Source of the DNA: Patescibacteria group bacterium | GTDB taxonomy: Bacteria > Patescibacteriota > Patescibacteriia > Patescibacteriales > UBA12465 | DNA length: 64,000 nucleotides | Assembly: GCA_028692765.1 (NCBI GenBank) | Contig: JAQUWT010000004.1 | Location: 405 to 64,404, forward strand | Direction: 5' to 3' | Shown here: positions 7,943 to 18,868 of the stretch, piece after piece | How positions within the stretch are numbered: position 1 is the first letter of the stretch | How the letters are laid out: each line of letters opens with the position of its first letter | The notes under the pieces: generated by a model | The model's database searches: none | Told to the model about the DNA's origin: nothing | Seen by the model: the letters and a program-made list of their open reading frames with translations, nothing else | Position numbers and translations under genes: made by a program

Positions 7943-10174
7943 ATGGGAAATATGAAATTAATAATCGTAGAATCACCGACAAAAGCGAAGACAATCAGCA
8001 AATTCTTAGGCAAAGATTACCGGGTGGAATCTTCTTTCGGCCATGTCCGCGATTTACCGGCCAGAGAAATGGGCATCGACATTGAAAATGGCTTCGAACC
8101 GAAATACATCACCCCGCTCAAGGCTAAAAAAACAGTTACTTCCCTTAAAACTGCGGCCAATAAAGCCGCCGCAGTTATTTTAGCGTCGGACGAAGACCGC
8201 GAAGGAGAAGCGATTGCCTGGCATCTGGCTCAAGTGCTAAAACTTGACGCCGATAAAACGGAGCGCATTGTTTTTCATGAAATTACCAAGCCGGCAATTT
8301 TAAAAGCCCTAGACGCCCCGCGGCATATTAACCACGATTTAGTCGACGCCCAACAAGCCAGGCGCATCCTGGACCGTCTTGTTGGCTATGAATTATCCCC
8401 TTTCTTATGGAAAAAAGTAGCTAAAGGATTATCTGCCGGACGGGTACAAAGTGTGGCCATCCGCCTGATTGTAGAGAGAGAAAAAGAAATTCAAGCCTTT
8501 AAATCTCAAGATTATTGGACGCTTAGCGCCCGCCTGCAAGAAGAAAAAACTAAGGAAGAATTTATCGCTAGTCTTTTCCGCTTGGACGGAAAATCTTTTG
8601 ACAAATTAGATATTAGCCAGGAAATAGCGCTAGTCACCCAAAAAGAATTGGAAAGCGCCACATTCAAAATCAGCCGCATCGAGCAGAAAAAGATAAGTAA
8701 AAATCCGGGAGCGCCATTTATCACCTCGACCCTGCAACAAGGAGCCAACCGCCATCTCGGTTTCAGCGCCAAGCAAACCATGACCGTGGCGCAAAAATTA
8801 TACGAACAAGGCTTCATCACTTACATGCGTACCGACTCTTTAAATCTTTCTCCTCAATTTTTAAACGAAGCGCATGACTATCTACAAGAGGCGCTGGGAG
8901 AAAAATATACTCTTTCTGCTCCCCGAATTTTTAAAACTAAAGGTAAAAACGCTCAAGAAGCGCATGAAGCCATCAGGCCGACAGCCGCGGCGGCGACACC
9001 GGAAAAATTGAAATCTAAACTTGACCATAACGGCTATCGCCTCTATAAGCTTATTTGGGAAAGAACTATCGCCACCCAAATGCCGGCTGCCCAACTCAGC
9101 GCCACCACGATAGATACGGAAGCTTCCTGCCATAACGGCAAGCAACACACTCTCCGCGCCAATGGCCAAATTCTGATATTTGACGGCTATTTACGAGTCT
9201 ATCCTGAAAAAACGGCCGAACAGGAACTACCGGCGCTTAAAGAAAACGACCAAGTCGCCCTCTTATCCCTAGAGACCGAACAGCATGCCACAAAAGCGCC
9301 TGCCCGCTATAGCGATGCCAGCTTAGTTAAAGATTTAGAAAAATACGGTATCGGACGGCCATCCACTTATGCGCCGACAATCAATACTATCATCATGCGC
9401 AATTATGTCATCCGCAACGAAGACAAACGCCTGCAACCGACTGATATCGCGATGGTGGTAAATGACCTGTTAGTCGAGCATTTTCCAAAAATCGTCGACT
9501 ATAATTTTACCGCCGGAATGGAAAATGATTTGGATGAAGTGGCCGAGGGCAAAAAAAAGTGGCAGCCGGTCATTTCTGAATTCTATCAAGACTTCCATCA
9601 AAATTTACAAAACAAATACGACAGCCTAAAAAAAAGCGACATTATGCCTGAAGAAAAATCTGAAGAAATATGCGATAAATGCGGAGCGCCGATGATTATT
9701 AAAACCGGACGCTACGGTAAATTTTTAGCTTGCAGCGCCTTCCCCGATTGCCGCAATATCAAAAAACTCAACGGCGCCGCCACTAAAACTGATGATCCGG
9801 CTTTGAGCGCTCTGCAAGAAAAATATCAAGGAACAGTCTGCGATAAATGCGGAGCGGAGATGAGAGTCCGTTCCGGCAAATACGGTCCGTTTCTAGCCTG
9901 CAGCGCCTATCCAAAATGTAAAAATATCAAGAATATAAATGACGGCCTCAATCAGGAAAAAGAGATTGATTGCCCAGCCTGTAAAAAAGGCAAAATCGTT
10001 AAAAAATTTAGCAAGCGAGGAGTCTTTTACGCCTGTAATAATTATCCTGATTGCAAGAACGCCTATTGGGTACAGCCGACCGGCGATAAATGCCCTGATT
10101 GCGGTTCTCTGCTCATAAAAGATAAAACCGGCCAAACTGTCTGCAGCGACAAGGGCTGCGGCTATCAGGCATAA
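7943..10174 (+). CDS. topA: DNA topoisomerase I
   Basis: 743 aa; Toprim N-terminus LIIVESPTKAKTI, type IA core, four C-terminal CxxC...CxxC zinc ribbons. Confidence 0.95.
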   Translation: MGNMKLIIVESPTKAKTISKFLGKDYRVESSFGHVRDLPAREMGIDIENGFEPKYITPLKAKKTVTSLKTAANKAAAVILASDEDREGEAIAWHLAQVLKLDADKTERIVFHEITKPAILKALDAPRHINHDLVDAQQARRILDRLVGYELSPFLWKKVAKGLSAGRVQSVAIRLIVEREKEIQAFKSQDYWTLSARLQEEKTKEEFIASLFRLDGKSFDKLDISQEIALVTQKELESATFKISRIEQKKISKNPGAPFITSTLQQGANRHLGFSAKQTMTVAQKLYEQGFITYMRTDSLNLSPQFLNEAHDYLQEALGEKYTLSAPRIFKTKGKNAQEAHEAIRPTAAAATPEKLKSKLDHNGYRLYKLIWERTIATQMPAAQLSATTIDTEASCHNGKQHTLRANGQILIFDGYLRVYPEKTAEQELPALKENDQVALLSLETEQHATKAPARYSDASLVKDLEKYGIGRPSTYAPTINTIIMRNYVIRNEDKRLQPTDIAMVVNDLLVEHFPKIVDYNFTAGMENDLDEVAEGKKKWQPVISEFYQDFHQNLQNKYDSLKKSDIMPEEKSEEICDKCGAPMIIKTGRYGKFLACSAFPDCRNIKKLNGAATKTDDPALSALQEKYQGTVCDKCGAEMRVRSGKYGPFLACSAYPKCKNIKNINDGLNQEKEIDCPACKKGKIVKKFSKRGVFYACNNYPDCKNAYWVQPTGDKCPDCGSLLIKDKTGQTVCSDKGCGYQA

Positions 10175-10196
10175 TAACTAATACCTTATTAAAAAT

Positions 10197-10556
10197 ATGG
10201 TAATGGAAAAAGAATATTTCAAAGCTGAAAAAAATTACCAAGATAATAAAAATACCAGTCTTGAACCAGATTTTCCAGAAGAAAACCAAGTAAGCAGCTC
10301 CGCGATACCAGCAAACCGAGATAGCGAAGAACTGGCAAAAATCAGAGAAAACATAGCCTCAGAAATAAAGAAGCGAAAACAAGAACAGGGGTTACATTTA
10401 AAAAAAATAATGCCGGATATAAAATTTCCTAAGCAAATAAAAACAATTTTTCGCCCCCACTTTTTTGATTCATGGCTTCATAAAAAAGATAATCATACAA
10501 TTACAAACGACCCCGCCACTGCTCACGACCACTACTACGACGACGAAGATGATTAA
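10197..10556 (+). CDS. hypothetical acidic protein (119 aa)
   Basis: ORF only; followed directly by a terminator. Confidence 0.45.
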   Translation: MVMEKEYFKAEKNYQDNKNTSLEPDFPEENQVSSSAIPANRDSEELAKIRENIASEIKKRKQEQGLHLKKIMPDIKFPKQIKTIFRPHFFDSWLHKKDNHTITNDPATAHDHYYDDEDD

Positions 10557-10588
10557 AAAAAACCGCTGTTTATCACAGCGGTTTTTTA
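10555..10588. terminator. bidirectional terminator
   Basis: AACCGCTGT-ttatc-ACAGCGGTT flanked by an A-run and a T-run. Confidence 0.7.
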
Positions 10589-10612
10589 TTATACCAAACT
10601 TTTTTCAATAAA

Positions 10613-10963
10613 TTATTTCTTTTTCTTCTTAGCTTTTACGGGGGCATCATCGTCAGCTTCGGAAGAACGGCGCTTACTCCTTTCTTTGGCAAAATCAACC
10701 CCTCTCTTTAACAGCTCTCCCAAAATCATCAGGTAAGAAGCGCTGCCGCTCACTTTTTCCTTAATTAAATCAATAAGCGCTTCGGCTTTCTCCACCCCCT
10801 GCTCAACGTGCTTGATGAGGCGAAAAATTCTCTGTGCGCTGGCAATAAAATAATACAAAGACCAGCATAAAAAGAAAGCTAAGGCGCCGGCTGAAACGGC
10901 GAGAACCCAATTTAAAATGTCGCGTGAAGTTTCAAACATAAATTTCTGCCATAAAGAAGGCAA
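10613..10963 (-). CDS. hypothetical membrane protein with Lys-rich tail (116 aa)
   Basis: One TM segment and a C-terminal KAKKKKK. AGGAGG sits just upstream of a TTG start; an in-frame ATG lies 8 codons downstream. Confidence 0.5.
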   Translation of the reverse strand: MPSLWQKFMFETSRDILNWVLAVSAGALAFFLCWSLYYFIASAQRIFRLIKHVEQGVEKAEALIDLIKEKVSGSASYLMILGELLKRGVDFAKERSKRRSSEADDDAPVKAKKKKK

Positions 10964-10991
10964 AGATCCTCCTATATGCTTGAATTAAAAA

Positions 10992-13415
10992 TTAAAAATC
11001 TCTAATTTGCGCTTCAAATTGATCATGGCAACGATTCACCAAATCAGTTTGAATGGCGTCTATTTCTACGGCAGTCAAGGTACGGTCTTCGGCTTGATAG
11101 GTCAAATGGAAAGCCCAACTTTTCTGGCCGGCCCCCAAAGCTCCGCCTTGGTAAACATCGAAGAGTTCCGCCTTTACCAATAAAGGATGGAAAGAAATAA
11201 GCGTCCTCCAAAAATCATTATATAATATTTTCTCTTCAACGACAAAAGCAACGTCGCGGACAACCGGAGGATATTTGGAAGATTCCTGATAACGATGAGC
11301 GGGTAAAGACTGAAATAGCTCTAGCATTTCTTTAAAGTTAAGCTCGACGACGACAGTCTTTAACTTTAAACCGAAGGAATTTGCCAGCTTATTATCCAAT
11401 AATCCGGCCAGGCCAAGCTCTTTGCCGGCGCAAAAAACAGCTACCGCTTGACCGGCCTGCGACCAAGCAGGCTGATTTTCTAAAGCGGAAAATTCAATTC
11501 GAGAACCCGGCCATAGTTCTGTAAATAGCAGGTTAATCAAACCCTTGATGCGATTAAAAGCGGCCGAAGAATCTTGGCTAGCGAACAGCATGGCTAAGCG
11601 CTTGCCCTGATAAGGCAAGAATTCCCCTCGATCGTCTTTCATATATTCACCGGGCAAAGGCAGAAAAATACGGCCCAATTCAAAAATTCCGAATTGACTA
11701 AAATTGAACTGATTCACGCGGACGTCTTGCCATAAGCCCGCTAAAAGAGTGGGGCGCAGGAAAACATGCTGTTCCGAAATAGGATTAGCCAGACGCAAGC
11801 AACGACTGGGGTCAAGATTGAGTTTTGATAAGACGGCTTCACTGGCAAAAGAATAATTATATACTTCATGCAAACGTCCGGCGCCGCTTAAAATATCCTG
11901 AATTTTTCTTTCCAAAGACAATTCGAGATTATCAGACAGAGGCGTTAAAGGAGAAATCGGGGCCTGCGATTTAATATTATTATAGCCGACAATCCGAGCA
12001 ACTTCTTCTAAAATATCTTCTTTGATAGAAACATCTTTAACCGCCCGCCAGCTGGGAGGGGTAACGGCTAGAATGTTTTTAGAAACTGAAACCTTAAAGC
12101 CAAGTCTCTCTAAAATGCCAATCGCTTCTTTTCTGGTGAGGCTGTGGCCCATCCTTTTCTTCAGCCAAGAAAAATCTACTTCTATGGGAGCGGGCTCCAA
12201 TTTAAAATTAATTATATCTACAGGCTGGCCGGCTAATTCCGCTTCCGGCATAATTTCCTTAATCAGCTGCCAAGCCCTCTGCCAAGCCTGTGCCGGCAAA
12301 TTAGGGTCAAGTGTTTTTTCAAAGCGCATAGAGGCGTCTGTGCGCAAATTCAAAGCTTGAGACGCTTGGCGAACGCGCACGGCGTCAAAAGAAGCCGCTT
12401 CCAAAATAATACTTTCCGTATCAGAATTAACCGCGCAGCGCTTGCCCCCCATAATGCCAGCCAAAGCTATCGGCTCAGAGCCGTCGGTAATGACAATGCT
12501 ATTTTTCGGCAGGAGCCGCTCTTTCTCATCCAGGGTTTCCAGACTCTCACCCTCTTTAGAGGAACGGATGCTAATTTTTTTCAAACCGGTAGCGTCAAAA
12601 GCATGCAGAGGCTGACCTGATTCCAACATGACATAATTAGTGATATCAACCAAGGCATTAATCGGCCTCGCTCCCACTGCCACCAAGCGTTCTTTCAGCC
12701 AGCGAGGAGATTCCATCGCTTTCACTTTATTTATCTTCACGGCAATATAGCGGAAACAAGCGGATTTATCTTCTATCTTCACCTCTAATTGGCTTTTACC
12801 GCTACCCTGTAAATCTTTAACATCCAAATCGGCAAGATAGGGGCGCAAAGAGGTTTTTAACAAGGCACTAAGTTCTCTCGCCATACCATAATGGCCCCAC
12901 AAATCACCCCGATTAGACAGCGACTTATTATCAATCTCTAAAATAATATCATTAAAATTTAAATAATCGGCGAAGGGTTGCCCCACCTTAGCCTTATCCG
13001 ATAAGACCATAATACCCTCATGGTCGGAGCCCAAACCCAGCTCATCCTCAGCGCAAATCATGCCGTATGACTTTTCCCCTCTAATTTCCGACTCCTTTAT
13101 TTCCAAGCCATTGGGCAATTTGGCGCCAATCAACGCCACGGGAACTTTTTGACCGGCGGCGACATTGGGAGCGCCGCAAACGATATCAAAAACCTCGCCT
13201 TTGACATCAACTTTGGTCAGACGTAAACGGTCGGCATTGGGATGAGGGGCGACGGATACCACTCTGCCGACGACGACTTTTTCAAAAACCGCTTTCTGCT
13301 CCCTCCAAGATTCGACCTCGACTGTATGCAAAGTCAATAGCTCGGCAATGTCAGCTGGATTAATCGCCTTAGGCAATTTGACAAAATCTTTAAGCCAATT
13401 AAGAGATAGGTACAT
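10992..13415 (-). CDS. pheT: phenylalanyl-tRNA synthetase beta subunit
   Basis: 807 aa; N-terminal tRNA-binding OB (HPNADRL), B3/4 and B5 regions; directly downstream of pheS. Confidence 0.94.
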   Translation of the reverse strand: MYLSLNWLKDFVKLPKAINPADIAELLTLHTVEVESWREQKAVFEKVVVGRVVSVAPHPNADRLRLTKVDVKGEVFDIVCGAPNVAAGQKVPVALIGAKLPNGLEIKESEIRGEKSYGMICAEDELGLGSDHEGIMVLSDKAKVGQPFADYLNFNDIILEIDNKSLSNRGDLWGHYGMARELSALLKTSLRPYLADLDVKDLQGSGKSQLEVKIEDKSACFRYIAVKINKVKAMESPRWLKERLVAVGARPINALVDITNYVMLESGQPLHAFDATGLKKISIRSSKEGESLETLDEKERLLPKNSIVITDGSEPIALAGIMGGKRCAVNSDTESIILEAASFDAVRVRQASQALNLRTDASMRFEKTLDPNLPAQAWQRAWQLIKEIMPEAELAGQPVDIINFKLEPAPIEVDFSWLKKRMGHSLTRKEAIGILERLGFKVSVSKNILAVTPPSWRAVKDVSIKEDILEEVARIVGYNNIKSQAPISPLTPLSDNLELSLERKIQDILSGAGRLHEVYNYSFASEAVLSKLNLDPSRCLRLANPISEQHVFLRPTLLAGLWQDVRVNQFNFSQFGIFELGRIFLPLPGEYMKDDRGEFLPYQGKRLAMLFASQDSSAAFNRIKGLINLLFTELWPGSRIEFSALENQPAWSQAGQAVAVFCAGKELGLAGLLDNKLANSFGLKLKTVVVELNFKEMLELFQSLPAHRYQESSKYPPVVRDVAFVVEEKILYNDFWRTLISFHPLLVKAELFDVYQGGALGAGQKSWAFHLTYQAEDRTLTAVEIDAIQTDLVNRCHDQFEAQIRDF

Positions 13416-13427
13416 ATATTAGACTAT

Positions 13428-14456
13428 TTAAAATTGCTGTAAAAATCTTAAATCTCCGGCATTAAAAAGACGAATATCATTAATGCCGTATTTAAGCATC
13501 GCCAAGCGATTAAGGCCGAGACCGAAAGCAAAGCCGGAATACTGCTCCGGGTCGACGCCTCCAGCCCGCAACACGTCGGGATGAATCAAGCCGCAACCTA
13601 AAATTTCCAGCCAGCCGGAATATTTGCACACGCGGCATCCTTGGCCTTGGCATAAAAAGCAAGTATATTCACCATTGGAGCCGGGCTCAACAAAAGGATA
13701 GAATTTAGGTCTCATCCTAAATTTTGTTTCCGGCCCGTAAAGCTTTTTTCCAACCTCCTCAAGCACGCTCTTCATCTGGGCAAAATTAATATTTTTCCCG
13801 ACCATTACTCCCTCCAACTGATAGAAAGTGTGCTCATGACGGGCGTCAGTCGCTTCGCTGCGAAAAACCCGCCCCGGCATAATAACTTTTAGGGGGGCGC
13901 CATACTTGCGCATTGCCCTCACCTGAGTATTGGAGGTCTGCGTGCGCATCGTTAAATCATATTCGCCCTGCTTATTCTTCAAATCGACATAAAAGGTATC
14001 CTGCATATCTCTGGCCGGGTGATGCGGCGGCACGTTTAAAGCTTCAAAATTATAGAATTCGCTTTCTAATTCCGGCCCGTCCATCACCATAAAACCGAGG
14101 GTGGCAAAAAATTCCTCTAGCTCCCGACGCAATAAAGTCAGAGGATGGAGGCTGCCGGCAATAATTTTCTCTCCAGGCACGGTTGGATCGGAATAAGCGG
14201 CGGATTCATCTTTTTTTTCTATTTCCGTTTTAACTTCCTCAAAACGTTCCTGCAGCTCCCGCTTGATAACATTCGCCAGTTCGCCCGCTTCCCGCCGCAC
14301 TTCCAAGCTTAAATCTTTTAATTCGCCCAAGAGACCGCTAAGCTCGCCCTTGCGCGACAAATATTTCAGTTCCAAATCCCGCAAAGCTGGCAAGTCATTA
14401 ATTTTCTGCAAACCATCTAGAAACTCGTCTCTTAGTTTTTCTAATTTATTTTTCAT
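13428..14456 (-). CDS. pheS: phenylalanyl-tRNA synthetase alpha subunit
   Basis: 342 aa; class II motifs FRSEATDARHEHTFYQLEG and GFAFGLGLNRLAML. Confidence 0.95.
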   Translation of the reverse strand: MKNKLEKLRDEFLDGLQKINDLPALRDLELKYLSRKGELSGLLGELKDLSLEVRREAGELANVIKRELQERFEEVKTEIEKKDESAAYSDPTVPGEKIIAGSLHPLTLLRRELEEFFATLGFMVMDGPELESEFYNFEALNVPPHHPARDMQDTFYVDLKNKQGEYDLTMRTQTSNTQVRAMRKYGAPLKVIMPGRVFRSEATDARHEHTFYQLEGVMVGKNINFAQMKSVLEEVGKKLYGPETKFRMRPKFYPFVEPGSNGEYTCFLCQGQGCRVCKYSGWLEILGCGLIHPDVLRAGGVDPEQYSGFAFGLGLNRLAMLKYGINDIRLFNAGDLRFLQQF

Positions 14457-14483
14457 ATATTGGCTCTACGCCATGACCGCTAT

Positions 14484-14867
14484 TTAAAGACGGCTTTTTT
14501 TATAACTGGCGACAAATAATTCTAAAATTGAAAAAATAATTAATAGTAAAATCAGATTCAACCAAGTAAAGAGATTAATGGATAATAAAAACAAAGAAAT
14601 AACTATAAATAAAGCGAAGAGGAAAGACTGCCTGAAAGCGGTGGCTACTGCATAAAATGCCAATTCCCGACGCAAAGCCACAAAACGAATGATAAAGCCG
14701 ATTAAAGCCGCGGTGCCAGAAAGTGCTAGAAATAAAGCGACATAAAATAACACAAAACCGAGCCAATTGGTGGCAGTCGGGTCGATAAAATTCAGCATCA
14801 TGGCAAAGATTCCCCAACAAATGGCAGTCATCGCCCCCATGACGATTAAATAATTTTTTAAAGTCAT
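14484..14867 (-). CDS. hypothetical integral membrane protein (127 aa, about 4 TM)
   Basis: Hydrophobic ORF packed between valS and pheS. Confidence 0.55.
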   Translation of the reverse strand: MTLKNYLIVMGAMTAICWGIFAMMLNFIDPTATNWLGFVLFYVALFLALSGTAALIGFIIRFVALRRELAFYAVATAFRQSFLFALFIVISLFLLSINLFTWLNLILLLIIFSILELFVASYKKSRL

Positions 14868-14879
14868 AATTTTTTGTTT

Positions 14880-17543
14880 TTAAGAGGCTAAAGACGCTTG
14901 AATTTTTGCCAGTTCGGTTTCATATCTTTCTAGCTTATCCTTTTCCGCCTGGACGATATTGGCGGGAGCGCGCCCGATAAATTCCTGATTTTCCAAACGT
15001 GATTTCAGGCTACCAATCAAACCAAGTAGGTTCTCTGCCTCCTTCTGCAAGCGCGCCTTTTCTTTTTCCGGATCAACCGCTCCCAACAGATAAATATCCG
15101 TATCGCCCAAAACGACTTTAATGGCTGCTTCGGTGGGAGGCGCATCGGTTTTAAGCAAAGACTCGATACCGGTTCGTAAACCTTTAATCAAAGACGCTTG
15201 CGCCAGCAATAATTCCGATTTTGGTCCGAACGCCAAAGCTTGCAATTTGCGCGCCGGCTCAACTTTATTTTCACTGCGAGCATTCCGGATAGCGACAATA
15301 ATTTCCTGTACAACTTTAAAATCATTGCCCGGTTCATCGGCCGCCCCTTCAATTTTTTCCGGCCAAGACGGCCACTGCTCCACCATTAACAGGCCTTCGT
15401 TGAAACTCTGCCAAATCGCTTCCGTAACATAAGGGATGAAAGGATGCCACATGATTAACAGATTTTTCAAGACAAAAACCAAAATCTCTTCCTTGCCTTT
15501 CTCCACTTTTGCCGCTTCCAAATACCAGTCAGCCAGCTTGTTCCAAGTGAAGTCATATAAAGCTTCGGCGGCTATGGAAAAATTAGATTCAGACAAAGCG
15601 GAATCAACGATGCTGCGGGCGGAAAATAATTCATTCAATATCCAGGAATCAGCTAAAGTTTTAGCTTCGGGCAGGACATCGAGAGGCGCGGATAAAAATC
15701 TATCGTCCAAATCGCTTAAGATAAAACGAGATATATTCCAAAGCTTATTGATAAAATTTCGTTTGGCCTCTATTTTCTCTTCGCTGTAGCGGGAATCATT
15801 GCCCGGAGTCGCTCCCATCAGCAGAGACAGACGCACCGCATCGGCTCCGTATTTGGCAATCACTTCCAAGGGATCGACGCCGTTGCCTTTCGATTTCGAC
15901 ATCTTCTTGCCGGCCTTATCCAAAATCGTGCCGTGCAAATAAACCTGGGAAAAAGGCTTTTCGCCTAAAGCAAAAAATGACATCATCACCATGCGCGACA
16001 CCCAGAGCGTCAAAATTTCATAGCCGGTTTCCAGCACTTGAGTCGGATGGAAACGCGCCAAATCGCCGCTCTTAACTCCGTTTTTAAAATTATCCGGCCA
16101 GCCGAGAGTGGAAAAAGTCCACATCCCGGAAGAAAACCAAGTATCTAAAGTATCGCCGTCTTTAATCCAGCCCTCTCCGTTTGGCGCTTCTTCGCCGACA
16201 TATATTTCTTCATCCCGATACCAGGCCGGAATGCTGTGTCCGAACCAAATTTGTCGGGAAATGCACCAATCATGCAGATTCTCCATCCAATCAAGATAAC
16301 GCTTATTAAATCTCTCCGGCAAAAACGTAATTTCGCCACCGCTGGCGGCGGCGATAGCGGCTGTTTTCAAAGATTTGCCGTTTAAACGAGATAGGGGCTT
16401 ATCCACGGCAATAAACCATTGTTTGGAAGGCAGTGGTTCAATCGGGCTATCGCAACGATAGCAGCAAGAAAGATTATTGACTATTTCTTCCTCGCCAATC
16501 ATCAAACCCTGATTACGCAAAGAGGCAACCACTTTTTCGCGGGCATCAATCGCACTCAAACCGCTAAATTTGCCGAAGCCTTCGCGGATAAGGCCATCTT
16601 CATCAATAACTTTAATTTTCGGCAATGATTGAGCTTCTGCCATCTGCCAATCAACCGCCGAATGAGCCGGAGTTACCCCCAAGGCGCCGGTGCCAAAATC
16701 CATCTCCACATTATAATCGGCAATAATCTTAATTTTTAAAGCTTGACCGCAAAAATCAAGTTGATACTCTTGGCCGATATATTGTCGATAGCGTTCATCT
16801 TTAGGATTAACGGCCACGGCAGTATCGCCTAATTTAGTTTCCGGACGAGTAGTAGAAATAGCGATAGGAAAATCGGGGCTATACTTAAAAGTGTAAAGAA
16901 AGGCTTTCTGCTCCTTATACTCCACTTCATCGTCCGCCAAAGTCGAATGGCAGCGCGGGCACCAATTAACTATCCGCTCGCCGCGATAAATCACGCCTTC
17001 TTTATACATGTCGAGAAACATCCTCTGCACCGCTTGCTGGCGGGGCTCATCCAAGGTAAAAGCCAGGCGCGACCAGTCCAAAGAAGCGCCCATCTTGCGC
17101 GTCTGGCGCAAAATTGTCGCCTGAGTCTCGGCCACGAACTTATTAACTTCTTCCAAAAAAGCTTCCCGCCCTAAATCATGCCTAGTTTTGCCGGTTTCCG
17201 AAAAAATCTTTTTTTCCACCATATTCTGGGTGGCGATAGCGGCATGGTCAGTTCCCGGAAGCCAGAGGGTGCGATAGGAATTTTGCCGGCGATAACGCAC
17301 CATCAAATCTTCAATAGCAAGCATGGCGCTATGACCAAGGTGTAATTTAGCGGTAATATTAGGAGGAGGTAGAACAATGGTATAACTGGGAGCATTAGCG
17401 GGCAAATCAAGATTATCCGGATTAAAAAAACCAGAATCTTCCCAAAGATGATAAATATCATCTTCGAATAAGGCCGGTTCGTAGGTTTTGGCTAATTCGT
17501 TTTTCATACCTTTTAAATTACCAAAAATATGCCATTGCGTCAA
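14880..17543 (-). CDS. valS: valyl-tRNA synthetase
   Basis: HIGH (LHLGHS) and KMSKS motifs, C-terminal coiled coil; ATG at 17507 (MKNELAKTYEP) is the likelier start. Confidence 0.95.
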   Translation of the reverse strand: MTQWHIFGNLKGMKNELAKTYEPALFEDDIYHLWEDSGFFNPDNLDLPANAPSYTIVLPPPNITAKLHLGHSAMLAIEDLMVRYRRQNSYRTLWLPGTDHAAIATQNMVEKKIFSETGKTRHDLGREAFLEEVNKFVAETQATILRQTRKMGASLDWSRLAFTLDEPRQQAVQRMFLDMYKEGVIYRGERIVNWCPRCHSTLADDEVEYKEQKAFLYTFKYSPDFPIAISTTRPETKLGDTAVAVNPKDERYRQYIGQEYQLDFCGQALKIKIIADYNVEMDFGTGALGVTPAHSAVDWQMAEAQSLPKIKVIDEDGLIREGFGKFSGLSAIDAREKVVASLRNQGLMIGEEEIVNNLSCCYRCDSPIEPLPSKQWFIAVDKPLSRLNGKSLKTAAIAAASGGEITFLPERFNKRYLDWMENLHDWCISRQIWFGHSIPAWYRDEEIYVGEEAPNGEGWIKDGDTLDTWFSSGMWTFSTLGWPDNFKNGVKSGDLARFHPTQVLETGYEILTLWVSRMVMMSFFALGEKPFSQVYLHGTILDKAGKKMSKSKGNGVDPLEVIAKYGADAVRLSLLMGATPGNDSRYSEEKIEAKRNFINKLWNISRFILSDLDDRFLSAPLDVLPEAKTLADSWILNELFSARSIVDSALSESNFSIAAEALYDFTWNKLADWYLEAAKVEKGKEEILVFVLKNLLIMWHPFIPYVTEAIWQSFNEGLLMVEQWPSWPEKIEGAADEPGNDFKVVQEIIVAIRNARSENKVEPARKLQALAFGPKSELLLAQASLIKGLRTGIESLLKTDAPPTEAAIKVVLGDTDIYLLGAVDPEKEKARLQKEAENLLGLIGSLKSRLENQEFIGRAPANIVQAEKDKLERYETELAKIQASLAS

Positions 17544-17586
17544 CCGTAAATTGCCTTGACTCTAGCAAAAAATAATTATATATTGA

Positions 17587-18792
17587 ATGGTCGGGCTAAT
17601 GAGAAAAACTAAGAAAAACAAGGAGATGCTTACTTTAGAGCAACAAATTTTCAAGCAGATAGACAAAGCGGAAAACATCCTGATTGTCTTTAACGCTGAC
17701 TGGAATGGCGACGCAATAGCCTCGGCCCTGGGCTTGTTTTTATACCTGAAAAAACTCGGCAAAAAAACGGAGATAGCTGCCTATTTAGCGGAGGGTGATG
17801 CGGGCGCCAATAAAGCCGCGGCCGCTTGGCGTTTTCTGCCCTCATTCGAAAAAATTCAAAGTTCTCTAAAAAACCTGCGTAAATTCATTGTCTCCTTAGA
17901 TATCAGCCAGGCTACTATTAACCAGATAAAATATACGGTCGACGGCCAGAAACTCAACTTCATTATTTCCCCGGAAAAGGGTTGGTTCAACCCCGAAGAT
18001 ATCAGCACCTCTTCCAGCGGTTTCAAGCATGATTTAGTCTTTGTTTTGGATGCCCCCGACTTTGAATCCCTGGGAGCGATTTACGACAATAATGTAGAAT
18101 TCTTCTATAAAACGACCGTCATTAATATCGACCATCAAGCGGATAATGAAGAATATGGCCAAATCAACTATCTTGACTTAAACGTCGTCTCCACCGCAGA
18201 AATGGTATATAGCCTGATAAAGCAACAATCATCGGAATCGATTGATGAGGATATCGCTACCTGCCTGCTCGCCGGTATTATTAGCAAGACCAAAAATTAT
18301 AAAAGCGCCAATCTGACGCCGCGCACCCTGCTCACAAGTTCAAAACTTATCGGACTGGGCGCTAGAAGAGAAGAAATAATTAACCAACTATACCGCTCCC
18401 GACCCTTAGCAGTCTTAAAATCTTGGGGCAAAATTTTAAATAATCTGCAGACGGAAGAACAGGGGATGATTGTTTGGTCGTGGCTGGAAGAAAAGGAAGA
18501 AGTTTCCGCCCTTGTCAGCGGACAATTGGATGTCCAAGAAATATTTGAAGAAATAAGCGCCAGCGTTACTGAGGCAAAATTTATTTTTATCGCCGGCGCC
18601 GACCCGCAATCAGAAGGTGTATTCATATTGATACAGGCCGCCAAAGGCCTATCGGCCACAGAGATGCTGCAAAATTACTCCCCGGCCGGCAATGCCCGCC
18701 TTGCCAGCGCCATCCTCCCTTTCAGCCGGGAAGAGTGGCAAAAAAAATTTATCCCCGCCCTGAAAGACAAGCTTGATAAAAACAAAATCTAA
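17587..18792 (+). CDS. DHH-family (NrnA-like) phosphoesterase homologue with degenerate metal motifs
   Basis: 401 aa; DHH/DHHA1 layout, but motif I reads NGDAIAS and motif III reads IDHQ instead of DHH. Confidence 0.7.
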   Translation: MVGLMRKTKKNKEMLTLEQQIFKQIDKAENILIVFNADWNGDAIASALGLFLYLKKLGKKTEIAAYLAEGDAGANKAAAAWRFLPSFEKIQSSLKNLRKFIVSLDISQATINQIKYTVDGQKLNFIISPEKGWFNPEDISTSSSGFKHDLVFVLDAPDFESLGAIYDNNVEFFYKTTVINIDHQADNEEYGQINYLDLNVVSTAEMVYSLIKQQSSESIDEDIATCLLAGIISKTKNYKSANLTPRTLLTSSKLIGLGARREEIINQLYRSRPLAVLKSWGKILNNLQTEEQGMIVWSWLEEKEEVSALVSGQLDVQEIFEEISASVTEAKFIFIAGADPQSEGVFILIQAAKGLSATEMLQNYSPAGNARLASAILPFSREEWQKKFIPALKDKLDKNKI

Positions 18793-18868
18793 TGATATAA
18801 AGGAGAAGCATTGATTCGAAATTAAACGATTGCCGGATTTTAATTGCGAATCCTTGAATCATAAACAC

